This document shows, in pieces, positions 1-13,906 of a DNA stretch of 64,000 bases (its first letter is position 1; every line of letters starts with the position of its first letter). Below the pieces are notes generated by a model, which saw nothing but the letters and a program-made list of their open reading frames with translations, was not told the DNA's origin and made no database searches. A program made the translations under genes and the position numbers. Location of the stretch: NCBI RefSeq assembly GCF_009914755.1, contig NC_060927.1. One strand, written 5' to 3'. The stretch is from the human T2T-CHM13v2.0 reference genome, Homo sapiens.

Positions 1-19
1 ACCTGAGATGTTGCTGCCT

Positions 20-255
20 GCCTCCCTCAACCCACTGTTCTCTGCTGGAATGTGATCTAATTGATCTTTCCCTTTCACTTTACAGCCATTTTCACAAGTT
101 GTAATAATTTTATTTATTGGTTTGTTTATTTTGTCTCTGCTACCCCTATTGTAAAGTAATATCCAAGTGAGTTATGGGCCATGTCTATCTTGTTCAAAAT
201 TTCAGCTTGGTGAATGTAAAGATGAGGCGCTCAGTTAAAATGTGTTGATAGGATA
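20..255 (+). mobile_element. L2 LINE 3' end fragment (ancient)
   Basis: Degenerate L2 3' motifs 'gggccatgtctatcttgttca' and 'gcgctcagttaaaatgtgttga'; recalled consensus. Confidence 0.55.
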
Positions 256-1499
256 AATTAGCTTCTGCACGGGTTCTTTTGCATCTCACCAGAAAAAGGA
301 AAGTGATTACATAATTTTGTTTTCTAGTCTGATAGCATCTGTCTGGTCTGGTCTGTGCATCAAACTTGCCATGAACTCACACTGGCCATCAACTTCACAG
401 GGTGTTTGCCATGACAATTACCCTCAAAAAACCTGAATATTTATATACTAGGTCAATTACTTCACTAAATATGTATCATTACTAACAGCTGTGAGCCTGG
501 TACTGCTGAAAACTAGTTGCCTATAAACCATTTGGCACTCAGATTTTTTCATGTGGGAAAATTTGCATACAAATCTGGATTTCTGCTGCCTTTTCTCCCT
601 GGGAACTTAAGGACCCCTAACTTAAGTTAGGAACTAAATTAAGGAACCCTAACTTTTTCATCCTTATTGAAATTTATACTGGAAAGCAATGTGATAAAGG
701 GACTCAGTCTAATACTCATGTGAATGAAGGAAGAGTATCTTCTACAGATGTCCAAGGTAATATAGCTGAGAAAAAATATCCCATGGTTAACTGGGGTTTT
801 TCTGAAGATGGGAGATTGAAGTTGTCGTCTATAAGAGCTGCTGGTTCTGTAGCATACCCAGTGGAAAATGCAGAAATTAGAAGAATGTTTGTAGGAGAGT
901 ATAGACAGATGGCAATTTTATATTGTCTAAATAATAGTGCTTTATAAACATGTAGCTCATACCAGGTGGATCTTGAAAGATTTTTGGCCACAGGAACACA
1001 CACACAAAAGCCGACAATGTGCTCACCGTGTTCTTGACTGAGCTGTAACCCGGAGACAGTCATTTGCGCCTGGCTTCTCTCTACCTGCAGTGCCACTGCC
1101 AGAGTTAAACTCATAATCTGTCACTGCAGCTTTTCTAACTGCTTACTCTTTGGTGTACCTAGTCTTCCTGTTTGTAGTTAGATCCCCTTATTAGTCTTCT
1201 TCTCTATTGCTTTTTAAAATGGTAATTGACACTCCACATTAGCTTACCTTTACCTTCAAGAGCAATCAGAATTCATTAGCCTGACAAATAGGCCTCTACC
1301 CAGTGTGTCTGATTTTTATTTCTCTCCAGTTAATTGTATTGTGTCTTACCCTTTGTTGTGTCTCCTATAAATGTCAATTATTAACACATTTTTCAGCAAT
1401 TTGCAAACTCAATACTTTTTTTCTTAGACTTTGCCTGTTGCCATGCTATTTTTTTTTCTTTTCAGAGTTGCTTCCCCCTTCTTTACTCCGAAAAATCAA

Positions 1500-1752
1500 C
1501 TTTTGAGCTTTTTCTTAAATCCTATATCTCCTGGGAGGCTTTTTCTAACTCATACACAGAGATAGATATTCTGAAGCCTTAAATTTGTACCTTGGTCACA
1601 GTAAGTATCATCCATATTGTAATTCATTTGCTTATATGCCAATCTTCCTCCACTAGTCTGAGAAATGATTGATAAATTTTCACTGGCAACTACGTTATCC
1701 TTGTAAACCTGGTGTATTTGTTGATTCTCATCAAGCTTTTGTTAAATGAATA
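1500..1752 (+). mobile_element. L2 3' end fragment
   Basis: 'ctgggaggcttttctaact...cttcctccactagtctgag...ctcatcaagcttttgttaaatgaat' resembles the L2 terminus. Confidence 0.45.
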
Positions 1753-2100
1753 ATTATCTTGAGAAGCCAATCCCTCATAAAATCCGGTAGTAAAATTTCC
1801 TAGACATCTTGGAAGAACACTTTTGGAAACAATGGTCTAGAGTATTCAAACCAAATTACATAATAAATTGTTAAAACAAAAATCTTACAGCAAGCATAGG
1901 TAGCATACAATCAAAGAAATAGGAATGCGGAAAAGGTTTGAAATAATTACCTACTGGTTTTGGAGTGTTATACCTTTTTTTTGGTAAAAACACTGACTGA
2001 CTAAGAATTTAGTGAATGCCCCAGTAGAGAGATATTAGCTCACCAATGCTTTAGTTTCCACAGAAATAACTGCTGCTGATATAGTCTTCCATAGTTGGCA

Positions 2101-2410
2101 TCTGGGGGTTTGGGGGAATAAAAAGGGAATGGTTAATGGGTACAATTTACAACTAGATGGAAGGAATAAGACCTAGTTTTTGGTAGCACAATAGAACCAC
2201 TACAGTCAACAATAATTTATTGTGTATTTCAAAATAACAAAAAGAATATAGTTGGAATGCCTTTAACACAAAGAAATTATAAATGTTTGAGGTGTAGGAT
2301 ATCACAATTACCCAGATTGATCATTACACATTGTATGCTTGTATCAAAATACCACATATACTTCATACATTTTTACAACTATTATATATCCATACTTAAA
2401 AAATATAAAA
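2101..2410 (+). mobile_element. L1MA-type 3' end fragment
   Basis: 'atggttaatgggtac...aacaataatttattgt...acacaaagaaattataaatgtttgagg...tcattacacattgtatg' then A-rich tail; similar to 11280-11570. Confidence 0.85.
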
Positions 2411-2421
2411 TCTAAGTTCAT

Positions 2422-2737
2422 GGACCGAGCATGGTAGCTCACGCCTGTAATCCCAGCACTTTGGGAGTCAGAGGTGAGCGGATTACTTGATGTCAGTAGT
2501 TCGAGATAAGCCTGGTCAACATGGTGAGACCCCATCTCTACTAAAAATACAAAAATTAGCCAAGCATGATGGCACGGGATTGTAGTCCCAGCTACTCAGG
2601 AGGCTAAGGCAGAAGAATTGCTTGAATGCAGGAGAATTGCTTGAACCCAGGAGGCAGAGGTTGCAGTGAGCCGAGATCGCACCACTGTACTCCAGCCTGG
2701 GCAACAGAGTGAGACTCTATCTCAAAAAAAAAAAAAA
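2422..2737 (+). mobile_element. AluS-type SINE with small internal duplication
   Basis: Full dimer; 'gaattgcttgaa' duplicated at about 2615-2645; TSD aaaatct(a/g)agttcat at 2407-2421 and 3043-3057 encloses this Alu and the next. Confidence 0.95.
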
Positions 2738-3124
<387 letters not shown>

Positions 3125-6100
3125 TCAAATCAGAAACCTATATACTAACAATATTTTTCAGTATACAATTTTTATAATAGACAGAAGAAAACCATTCCCT
3201 GCACAAGCTTATATATGATCTGCTAGAGTAGAGAGATAGATGGATACCCCCATGTAGTTATTCATTTTTTAAACATTAACTTATCTCTTACTGTTTACTT
3301 GGATGGTATTACAGATGTAAGTTTGTGTATAATACTTCAGCATCATATTTGAGTTAAAGCATCATCATCACCTTGTTTTGAAACTTGAAACTATCTAGGC
3401 ACGCTGGACATATGCTACCTATTTTTTCCCTTGAAGGTTATATTGCTGGCTTAAGCAATTCCCTGGGTGAATTCAAAGCTAAACAACAAAGAAATCTGGA
3501 AAATCACCAGGTTTCCATTCACATATCCATTGTAGCCCAAGGTTGTTGTAAATTGTTCCCTAGGAAATATCTGCAAAGCTCATAGTTCACCAATTTAGAT
3601 TTGAGACCTAAACTCAATACTGCAGGGTATTGATTAAATTCTGCTTTCACACATGTATATTTCAGAATAAATATGTGCATTCTCACATGATTTTTTTTAT
3701 TCTAGAGCATTTTAATTTTGGTTAATAGGTAAATATCATATAAGTATTAGTTCATTTCTTAATTGAAGACTAGAAAAATCTTAAGTTTCTCCAGGTGATT
3801 CTGTTCAATTAATGAAATTCTAGAATGTATCCTCTAATATGGTATTGATGAAGTTGTACATATGTTTATTTGGATATATCAGAAACCATAATTCAAATTT
3901 ATTATACAATAATAGTAGTTAATAGGACATATTTTTACAGTTGGGATTGTTTTAGAATCCCACAAGTTTAAAAAACTCACAATTAGGGATAGCTTTGCAT
4001 ATTTATTGGATGTAGCCTCCATAGAGTTAGGAAAACTGTAATGAGGAATACATAATGAAGACTTTATACAAGTCTATACTAAATATAAGCACTATTATTT
4101 ATATGGAATATACAATAGAACATGGAAAGAAGCAACATAACATGAAATATTATAGCACTACAAAAAGAAAACAAAAAGTTACAAGAGCCATTATATTTAT
4201 ATTATGTAAACAGAAAATACAACATTGCAGTAGCTCTGCTAGAGACAAGTGTTGCTACCATATATGCTTCAATTGTGTTTAGTTCTGTTGTACTGGTTAC
4301 CTCTCAGTACCTTATTATTTTATCTGCTATATCAATCTGTGTGGCAGTCAAAACACCACAATGTGATATGACAAAAAATACATAGGAAAAACTATTCATT
4401 TATGTGTGCCTGATGCTTGCTTTCAGTTTACATCAGAACTTTGAGTTATGAAAGGAGTTGACAGATGGAAGCAAGGGTAGGGCAGCTGGCTTACATTACA
4501 GTCTTCTGTACCTGTGAATCACTTTGTAAAAAAGAAATTGTTTCTGCACACTTAAAAAAAGTCTTTAAAAGTAATGTGATTTGAAGAATTTTGCTTTTAC
4601 ATATGTATTTCCTAGTACATCATATTATCTTTTATACAAGAAGAAATTTTTGAACATAATTGGAAGGTTATGCTCTTGACTCATGAAAGTTCCATTTACC
4701 AACCTCATACTTCTATAGTGTTAAATATGTGGCTGACTAACTCACAGAATCTGACACTAGGGCATCCTGGGATTGCCTGTGGTGCTGTGTCTTTCAAGAA
4801 TGCCTCAATGTAATTTTAATGACATGTGCTTTATTTCAGTGAATTTAACATTAGTGCCATTTTTCTTTAAAGAGAGATGTTTTAAGAGGATTAAAACACA
4901 GTGATTTTGTATTTTTGTAATAAGAATTTTGTTTTGTAAAAGAATATTTTATAGTATCTTTACTTTTACATAGAAATTTTAATAACTAAATTATACAGAC
5001 AATTGTTTGTGCTGCTGTTAATATCTGCGGCTTTTTCTTATTCAGCAGTGTCAGCAATGCAGAAAGAAATCCATTGCTAAGGAAATGGAAGTTATGATGG
5101 TCTTACCTTAAAGTAGAAACAATATAGTACTGTAGTGGAGAGTGGTGGTTCCTTCACTACATGCTTTAGGAAGACAATTCTGCTATGACATGTCTCTGCT
5201 AATCATAGACGCAGGGTTGGTGGGAACTGGAAATGAATGTTAGTAGAAACTATTTCATTAACTCTAGAAAAATATAATAATTCCTGGAGTTCTCAATTTT
5301 TCTTCTAATGTTGACAACTCTATTAACAGAATATAGTGTTGAAATGTTTTAAGTGTGCCCACGTTAGAGATCTGAAAAATTAACTTTGAGCCCCAGATAA
5401 AGAAATAATTTGAATTCAAGTCTCTAGAACTTACCAGGTCTGCTTACATCCTGCTGTAGTAATACAAGTTAAAGCAGATGTTTTCTATGGAGGTAAAAGA
5501 CCTAACAATATAAGTTGAGATAAGAAATGAATAATGCTTCTCATTCCACTCTTTTCCCCTAATTTATGTATGTTAAGATTTTGGGGGTACCGTCAATACT
5601 ACATGTTCCATCTGTTATGAGAGAGACACGCTTTCAAGTCCTTAGGTTCTGCCTCAACTAAGCTCTCAGTTTGTGCCTTCATAAGATCAGGTGGAGAATA
5701 TTATTTTCTAATTAATTATTTCAGTAAGAAAGTTGAAGAAAATAGTCTTTCCTAAATACAGATGACAGATTATCAGTCTGCTTTTGTAGATAAGTAAGCC
5801 AAGTTTGTGACAGATTATGGAATTGTGAAGGGAAATGAGATACAGTAATTTATTGGAAATATTTTCTGATAATTTCATTAATTGTATTTTCCAATCTTAG
5901 TTAAACCATTGGTCTCTGAGGTAGTTAGGTGACAGTAAATTTAGATAAAAGCTAATCAGACAGTCCTTGATTTCCTAATGAGGTAAAATACAAGCAGTAA
6001 GAGAAACACAAAAAGAATTTAATTCATCTTTTGGGAGAGATTGAATTGAAAATTCTATAAATCAATTATTTCCCAGCCTACTGAAGATGAGTTACAGGTA

Positions 6101-6556
6101 AAAAAAAAAAAATTAATTGTTGTTTTGGAGCTGCAAGTTTTTAGGGAGAACAATAGTTCTATAAGGAGGAAAACTGATCAGCCATTGCAATACTGTTCTT
6201 TAACCCATTTATAGCAAATGCTGGTTATTTAATGCATTTATTTATTCATTGATGTAGTATTTATTGTAGGCTAATTATGTGACTAAATTTTACTTAGGTA
6301 CCCTCTGAGATACCTCAATATTTCCATCAAAGATCTTAGAATATAGAAAAATAGGGGTCACAGGAACACAGAGTCATATTAAGACAAATGTGTAATTACA
6401 GGACATATGACATACGTGTGCTACGTATCTTAAATAATTTAAACATGTAAAATTCATTAAAATAAATATTTATACTATTAAAATGCCATATACATTTTAA
6501 TTGTGAAGTTATATAGCAACTCACTTTCCTCTTCTGTAAAAAGAAATGATAACAGT

Positions 6557-9500
6557 TGCAGAACATGCATTTTTCTCTCCCGCACAGGGAACATTTTCAA
6601 GGATAGACTATATGTTAGGCCACAGAACAAGTCTCAAAAATTAAAATAAAGAAAATTATATCAAATATATTTTTGACCACAACAGAATAAAACTAGAAAT
6701 TAATAACAAGAGGTACTTTGGAAAGTATACAAGCACATGGAAATTAAGCAATATGGTCCTGAACAACAATAAGGTCAATGAAAAAATTAAGAAGAAAATT
6801 CAAAAAAATTTTAAGTCAAATGAAAATGGAAATGCAGAAGCAGTACCAACAGGGAAGTTCATAGTGATAAACATCTATTATACATTAGAAAAGTAAGAAA
6901 AAATAAAAAAGAAACTTCAGATAACCTAATGATGCATCTTAAAGAACTCAGAAAGCAAGAGAATCTAAACCCAAAATTAGTTGAAGAAGAAAATAAATAA
7001 TAAAGATCAGAGCAGAAATAAATGAAATGAAGACTAAAAATACAAAAGATCAATGAAATGAAAAGTTATTTTGAAAAGATAAACAAAATTGAGAAACCTT
7101 TGCCAGACTAAGAAAAAAAAAAAGACTCAAATAACTCAAACCTGTGGTGAATAAGGGGACATTTCATTTGATAACATAGAAATTCAAGAGATCAGTAGAG
7201 ACTACTATGAGCAACTATATGTCGATAAACTGGAAAGCCTCAAAAAAATAAATAAGTTACTAAACACATACAACCTACCAAGATTAAACCACAGAGAAAT
7301 TCAAAATTTAAAGAGAACAAAAACAGGTAATGAGATTGAAGCAATAGTAATAATTTAAAAGTCTCCCATCAAAGAAAAACCCAGGACTTGATGCCTTCGC
7401 TGCTGAATTCTGCCAAACATTTAAAGAAGAACTAACACTAATCCTACACAAACTATTCAAAAACATTGAGGAGGAGGCAATACTTCCAAATGTATTCTGT
7501 GAGACTAATATTACCCTGACACTAAAACTGGAAAAAGACACAACACAGAAGAAAACTAAAGATTAATATATCTGATGAATATTAATGCTAAAATTCTCAA
7601 TGAAACACCAACAGTTTGAATTCAACAACACATCAAATAGATCCTTCATCATGACCAAGTAGGATTCATCCCAAGGATGCAAGGATGGTTCAATATACAC
7701 AATGAGTAAGTGTGATACGTTACATCAACAGAATGAAAGACAAAAACAATGTGATCATTTCAATTTCTGCCAAAAAGCATACTAAAAATTCAACAACCCT
7801 TCATGATAAAAAATATTCTCAAAAACACTGGGTATAGAAAAAACATATCTCAGCACAATAAAAGCTATATATGACAAACCCACAACTAGTGTCATAATAA
7901 ACAGGGGAATAATCTGAAGATCCTTTAAGATATGGAACAAGACAAGGATATCACACTTTTGCCACTTTTATTCATCAATAACATAGTTCTGGAAGTCATA
8001 GCCATCATAATCAGACAAGAGAAAGAAATAAAGGACACCCAAATTAAAAAGGAAGAAATAAAATTATCTTTGTTTGTAGACAATATAATCTTTTATTTGG
8101 AAAAACCTAAAGATGCCACCAAAAAAAACTATTAGAACTGATAAATTTGGTAAAATTATAAGTAGTAAACAAAATCAGCATACAAAAATCAGTAGCATTT
8201 TTGTATGGCAACAGCAAACAATCTGAAAAAGAAATACAGCAAGTAAGCTCATTTACAATAGCTACAAATAAAGTAAAAAACCTAAAAATTAACCAAAGAA
8301 GTGAAAGATCCCTGTAATAAAAATGGAAACATTGATGCAAGAAATGGAAGAGGACACACAAAAAACGAAAAGATAGTCCTGGATGAATTAATATTGTTAA
8401 ACTGTGCATATTACGTAAAGCAATCTACAAATTCAAAGCAATGCCTCTTAAAATCCCAATGTCAATTCTTCAAAGAAATATAAAAATAATTTTAAAATGT
8501 ATACGGAACCACAAACGACACAGAATATAGTCAAAGCCATCCTGAGCAAAAAGAAGACAGCTGGAAGAATCACATTACCTGACTTCAAACTATACTATTA
8601 AACTATAGTAACCAAAACAGCATGGTACTGACATAGAAACAGGCACATGGACCAATGGAACAGAGTAGAGAACCCAGAAACAAATCCATACATTTACAGT
8701 GAATTCATTTTTGACAAAGATGCCAAAAATATACATCAGTGAAAGGACAGGTTTTTTATATATATATATAAATACTGCTGAAGAAACTGTATATCCATAT
8801 GTAGAGGAGTGAAACTGGACCCCTATCTTTCATTATATAAAAAATCAAATCAAAATGGATCTAAAGACTTAAATCCAGCTGGGCACTGTGGCTCATGTCT
8901 GTAATCCTGACCCTTTGGGAGATCAAGGTGGGTGGACCGCTTGAGCTCAGGAGTTCAAGACCAGCCTGAGCAACATGGTGAAACCCCATGTCTACCAAAA
9001 ATTCAAAAATTAGCTTGGTATGGTGGCACCCATCTGTATTCCCAGCTACTCTGGAGGCTGAGGCTCATCATTTGAGCCTGGGGAGCAGAGGTTGCAGTGA
9101 GCTGAGATCGTGTCACTGCACTCCAGCCTGGGTGGCAGAATGAGACTCTGTCTCAAAACAAAACAAACAAAAAAAGACAACTCTGGGGATACACTCCAAG
9201 TCATTGGTCTGAGCGAAGATTTATTGAGTCTGACCTCAAAAGCACAGGGAACCAAAGCAAAGAAACCCTGGGATCACATCAAGCTAAAAAGCTTTTGCAC
9301 AGCAAAGGAAACAATCAAGCAAAGTGAAGAGACAACCCACAGAACAAGGGAATACATTTGTACACTACTTATTTGCTGAGGAATTAATAACCCAAAAATA
9401 TAAAGAATTTGAACCACTCAATAGAAAAAAAATTATGATTGATCTGAATAGGCATTTCTCAAAAAGAAGACATATACATGGCCAACAGGGACATGAAAAA

Positions 9501-9668
9501 ATGTTCAATATCACTAATAAGAAGAGAAATACAAATCAAAACTACAATGATATATTATCTTAACCCAGTTAAAATGCTTTTATTCAAAAGAAAGGTAATA
9601 ACAAATCCTAACAAAGATATGGAGAAAGGAGAACCCTCAGAAACTATTGATTGGAATGTAAGTTAGTA
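6557..9668 (+). mobile_element. Old L1 (L1M/L1MA-type) ORF2 region, decayed, interrupted by an Alu
   Basis: ORF2p remnants ([33 protein letters not shown]; [16 protein letters not shown]; [18 protein letters not shown]) with many stops and frameshifts. Confidence 0.92.
8877..9175 (+). mobile_element. AluJ-type SINE within L1
   Basis: Diverged dimer ('gcttgagctcaggagttc') with an (AAAC)-type tail. Confidence 0.9.
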
Positions 9669-9740
9669 TAGGTTGGTACAAACACAATTGGAGCATAATA
9701 GCAATAAATTGCAGTTTTTGCCATTAAAAGTAATGGCAAT
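9669..9740. mobile_element. MADE1 (Hsmar1-derived MITE) fragment
   Basis: 'taggttggtacaaa..aattg', 'aattgcagtttttgccattaaaagtaatggcaa' match the MADE1 left TIR and spacer; begins at a TA; right TIR truncated. Confidence 0.7.
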
Positions 9741-9747
9741 ACTTTTA

Positions 9748-10110
9748 GATACCATAGAATACTACTCAGTTATAAAAAATGAAATTATGTCTTTTGCACT
9801 GACATTGGTGGGATTGGAGGCCATTATCCTAAATGACATAATGCGGAAATAGAAAGTCAAATATCTTATGTCCTCACTTACAAGTGGAAGCTTAACAATG
9901 GGTACATATGGACATACAGAATGGAATAATAGACATTGGAAACTCCAAAAGATAAGATAATGGAAGGGGAGGTGAGGGATGAAAAATTAGCTATTGGGTA
10001 TAATGGACACTATTGAGGTGATGGTAAACTAAAAGCCGCTAATTGATATATCCATGTAACAAAGTTACACTTGTATCCCTAAATCTATAAAAATTAAAAC
10101 TAAAAAATAA
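9748..10110 (+). mobile_element. L1PB-type 3' end
   Basis: 'aacaatgggtacatatggacatacagaatggaataatagacattgga...cacttgtatccctaaatctataaaaa' 3'UTR plus A tail. Confidence 0.8.
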
Positions 10111-10112
10111 TT

Positions 10113-10582
10113 TACCACAATTTATTTATCCATTCATCTGTTGATGAACACTTAGACTGCTTCCAAATCATATCTGTGGTAAACAGTATTGCAACAAACA
10201 TAGGAGTGCAGACATCTTTTGGATATACTTATTTCCTTTTGTTTGTTTGTTTGTTTTTGGCATCTACCCAGCAGTGGAATTGCTGGATCTTATAGCAGCT
10301 CAGTTTTTAATTTTTTGAAGAACCTCCAAACTGTTCTCTGTAGTGGTTGTACTAATTTACACTCCCACCAACAGTCTACAATAACTTAATTATACATTTT
10401 AAAATAACTTACAGAGTGTAATTGGATTGTTCATAACTCAAAGGATAAATGCTTGAGGAGATAGATACCCCATTCTCCATGATATATTTATTTCACATTG
10501 CAAGACTGTATCAAAACATCTCCTGTGCCCCATATATATAACTACTATGTACCTACCACAATTAAAAATAAAAAATAAATTT
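10113..10582 (+). mobile_element. Short L1MA element with 5' inversion
   Basis: 10113-10378 is antisense ORF2 end; 10379-10582 is sense L1MA 3'UTR with A tail. Confidence 0.8.
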
Positions 10583-10584
10583 TA

Positions 10585-11575
10585 AAAATGCGCAAGAGAT
10601 CTGAATAGACATTTCTGAAAAGAAGACATACAAATGGCCAAAAGTACATGAAAAAATGTTCGACATTACTAATTATTAGATAAATGCAAATCAAACCTAC
10701 AATGAGATACCATCTTACCCCTGCTAGGCTTTTAACCAAAAAATGGCAATAATGAATGCTGGTGAGGATGTCAGAAAGGGAAACCTTCATACACTATTGG
10801 TGAGAAGGTAAATTAGTACAGCCACTATGGGGAAGAGTAAGGAGATTCCTCAAAAACTAAAGATAAAACTAACATATGATCCAGCAATCCCAGTGCTGAG
10901 TATAATTTAAAAAGAAAGGAAACAGTATATCCAAGAGATATCTGAACTCCCATGTTTATTCCAGCACTATTCATAAAGCCAATATATGGAAGCAACCTGT
11001 ATCCATCAACAGATGAATGGACAAAGAAAATATGGTACATATATACAATGGAATATCATTCAGCTGTAAAATAAATGAGATCCTGTCATTTGCAACAACA
11101 TGGATGAAACTAGAGGTCTTTATGTTAAGTATAATAAGCCAGTCACAGAAAGACAAATATTGGATGTTCTCACTTATATGTAAGAGCTAAAAAAAAAAAT
11201 AAATTGAGCTGAGAAAGATATAGAATGCAGCGATGGTTACCAGATACTGGGAAGGGTAGTGGGGGAGGGAAGGATAAAGTGGGGATGGTTAATGGGCTTA
11301 AAAATACAGTTAGATAGAATGATTAAGATTTAGTATTCAGTAGCACAAAAGAGTGACTATAGTTAACAATAATTTATTGTACATCTTAAAATAAGTAAAA
11401 AAGTGGGATTGGAATGTTCCTAACACAAAGAAATGATAAATGATTGAGGTAACAGATACCCCAATTACCCTAATTTGATCATAATACATTGTATCTCTGT
11501 ATCAAAACATCACATGTACCCCATAAGTATATACAACTATTATGTACCACAATAATTAAAAATAAAAATTTTAAA
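10585..11575 (+). mobile_element. L1MA-type 3' ~1 kb
   Basis: ORF2 C-terminal sequence ('gatctgaatagacatttc...gcaacaacatggatgaaactagagg') through 3'UTR and A-rich tail. Confidence 0.9.
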
Positions 11576-11959
11576 GGAACGATAAAAATAAAACCTAAGC
11601 AATAGAATTATCTTGATACTAAGTGAAATTATCAAAGCATTTATAAGGGTACTTGCTTAGTAAACATTGTTGTTGAAGTTTTCAAATAGATTACTATTTA
11701 TGAATAAACATTGGTACAAAATGTAGTTTCCCATGTCTGTCTTCAACAGATTTTTATTAAAATTCTATGTGAATTTTTGCCTGTTAATCTCACATTTTTT
11801 ATTTCCTTCCACTATTTAAACCATTCTTTTAACCGCAACTTGAATATATACAACAAAAATATGCATATTTTCCTTATTGGCATGATAGAGGGCGAAGAAT
11901 ATAGGGAATAGAGAAAATAACCTCAGGAAATAATAAAAAATGATCCCTCCCCCAAGGCA

Positions 11960-12120
11960 GGCAGCATTTTGTGGTAAAAATCTATTGACTGAATATGAGA
12001 AAATAAGATATCACTAACTAGAAGAGTAATCTTGGGTAATTCACTTACTATAAGCTTCACTTTCTTCTGTAAAATAATAGGGAATGGTCCAAATGATTTC
12101 TAAATGTTATGATTCTAAGA
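11960..12120 (+). mobile_element. MIR/MIR3 fragment
   Basis: Core-like 'cactaactag...aatcttgggtaattcactta...cttctgtaaaataataggga...atgattcta'. Confidence 0.6.
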
Positions 12121-13199
12121 ATCCTACCATGTAAATTGAATAGACAAATATATTACAAAAAAACTTAGAGAAGATTTTCCAAGAAACCTAAAGCAAGTAT
12201 GTTATAACAAATCATAATTTATGTATATATTATAATACAATTTTAATGGTATATATGTAAGCCAGAAGATATCTTTGTTGAAATAAGATGATGTATTTCT
12301 ATTATAGAAACAAATGACCTTTGGCTTTATCCTTCCTAAAGCTGCACACTGCACAAGAAAATGATAAAAGAAACAAGAATAGTCTTCTTTCCAAAAATGA
12401 ATGCAGATGAATTTATTCTGCAGATGATTTATAATTATGCAACATTTCTGTTATCTACTCTGGGTTCAAAGCCATGTTCTGGTTCTCTTTAGAAAACACA
12501 GTATTTTGGGATTTATCCCAGCTAATAATCAATGCAAGACCCTGTGGCAAAAAATTCAGCACAGATGTTTAGATAGATGGCGACCTCATGATATCTACAG
12601 AATGCCACCTCCTCTGCTTTGACTCCTAATGAAAGCTTGGGCAGTTTAATTCACAGAGGCTGAAAACAAGTACAGGCAGTGGCCTCAAGAGATGTCAGGA
12701 ACAATAAATGCTAAAGATCTGGAAATGTAGTATTTGTTGATGGTCTGAGATAGTGTTTCAGCACAGTGAGTCCCAGAAACTGACAGCCAGATATCAGAGT
12801 GAAAAAGATAACTTCTAGATTTTTATGTAACTGAGGAATAAACAGCCTTTCCACAGGAAGTACAGATGTATATAAGCAGAACATTTCTTTTTTGAGAAAG
12901 TCATTTTCAAAGGCTACAGAGGGTTTATGATTTTGTGCTATTAATACACTTTTATAATAGATTTTATATGCCAGAAAAGATGACCCTAGCTGACTGTTAC
13001 TCTGAGATCAAGAGTTTATAAATTTTTTAAGAGTCTCAGTTTAACCTCATTGGATTATCTCATTTTTCTCACAAATAAATCTCTTTTTTTAATGCTTTCT
13101 TTTAAGAGCCTTGAAAACAGAGACCAATGCTCTATTATTGTATCTATTTGTAGCCTCAGAAATGCCTAGCAGATTAATTAATATATGATAAGGCAACAA

Positions 13200-13420
13200 T
13201 AATAAAGGTGTATATTTTAAAATACTCTCAAACATATTTAATTTTTTCTTATAACAGTATCATAATGAAAACAAAACAGGTATTATCCCTGTTTTACATG
13301 GAAAAATACTGAGTTCCAGGGATTTTGAATGACTTGTGTGAGTTCAATAGCTATTAAATGATGGAGCAGGTATTTAAATATTATTATTCTCATTTTAAAC
13401 TTAAAGCACTGTCTATCTCA
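13200..13420 (-). mobile_element. MIR fragment
   Basis: 'ggtattatccctgttttacatggaaaaatactgagttccaggga...tgacttg'. Confidence 0.6.
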
Positions 13421-13850
13421 TCACCTTGATTTTTCAAAGCACATGCTATTTTCCCCTTGAACTAAAACAAAGAGAGAAAGCCACCATTCACTTGGCACCT
13501 CGTTTGTTAGTCACTATTTTAGGTATTTTCATTTTTAATAATTTATTCTTATTTTTATAATTTATTCTAAGAAGTGGGTTTTGGGTTTTTATCCCTATTC
13601 CATTATGTGTGTTAAATTATATTCAGGTATCTAAATAGTTTTCTCTCTGTGAAATTAGTAACAAGGAGATGGGGCCAGAATGCAAGCCCAGGGATAAATA
13701 AAAGTGTAGAACATAATTATGAGATTGGGAGTAAGACTATATTGAAAATTAAAATATATCATTTTACTAAAGACTTTAGGCAGAAATAAAGTTTGTCTCT
13801 GGTGGGCAGTCCTAAAGAGATATCTGGCTTAATTTATGCTTGTTTCCTTT

Positions 13851-13853
<3 letters not shown>

Positions 13854-13903
<50 letters not shown>
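13854..13903. repeat. (AT)25 microsatellite
   Basis: Perfect AT run seen directly. Confidence 0.98.

Positions 13904-13906
<3 letters not shown>

Noticed and set aside
716-1114. 132-aa and overlapping 75-aa ORFs
   Set aside because: No recognisable motif or exon structure; length compatible with chance.
8870-9185. Possible deletion at the AluJ insertion site in L1
   Set aside because: Some L1 bases seem missing, but 'aaagac' occurs on both sides and the elements are too diverged to call by eye.
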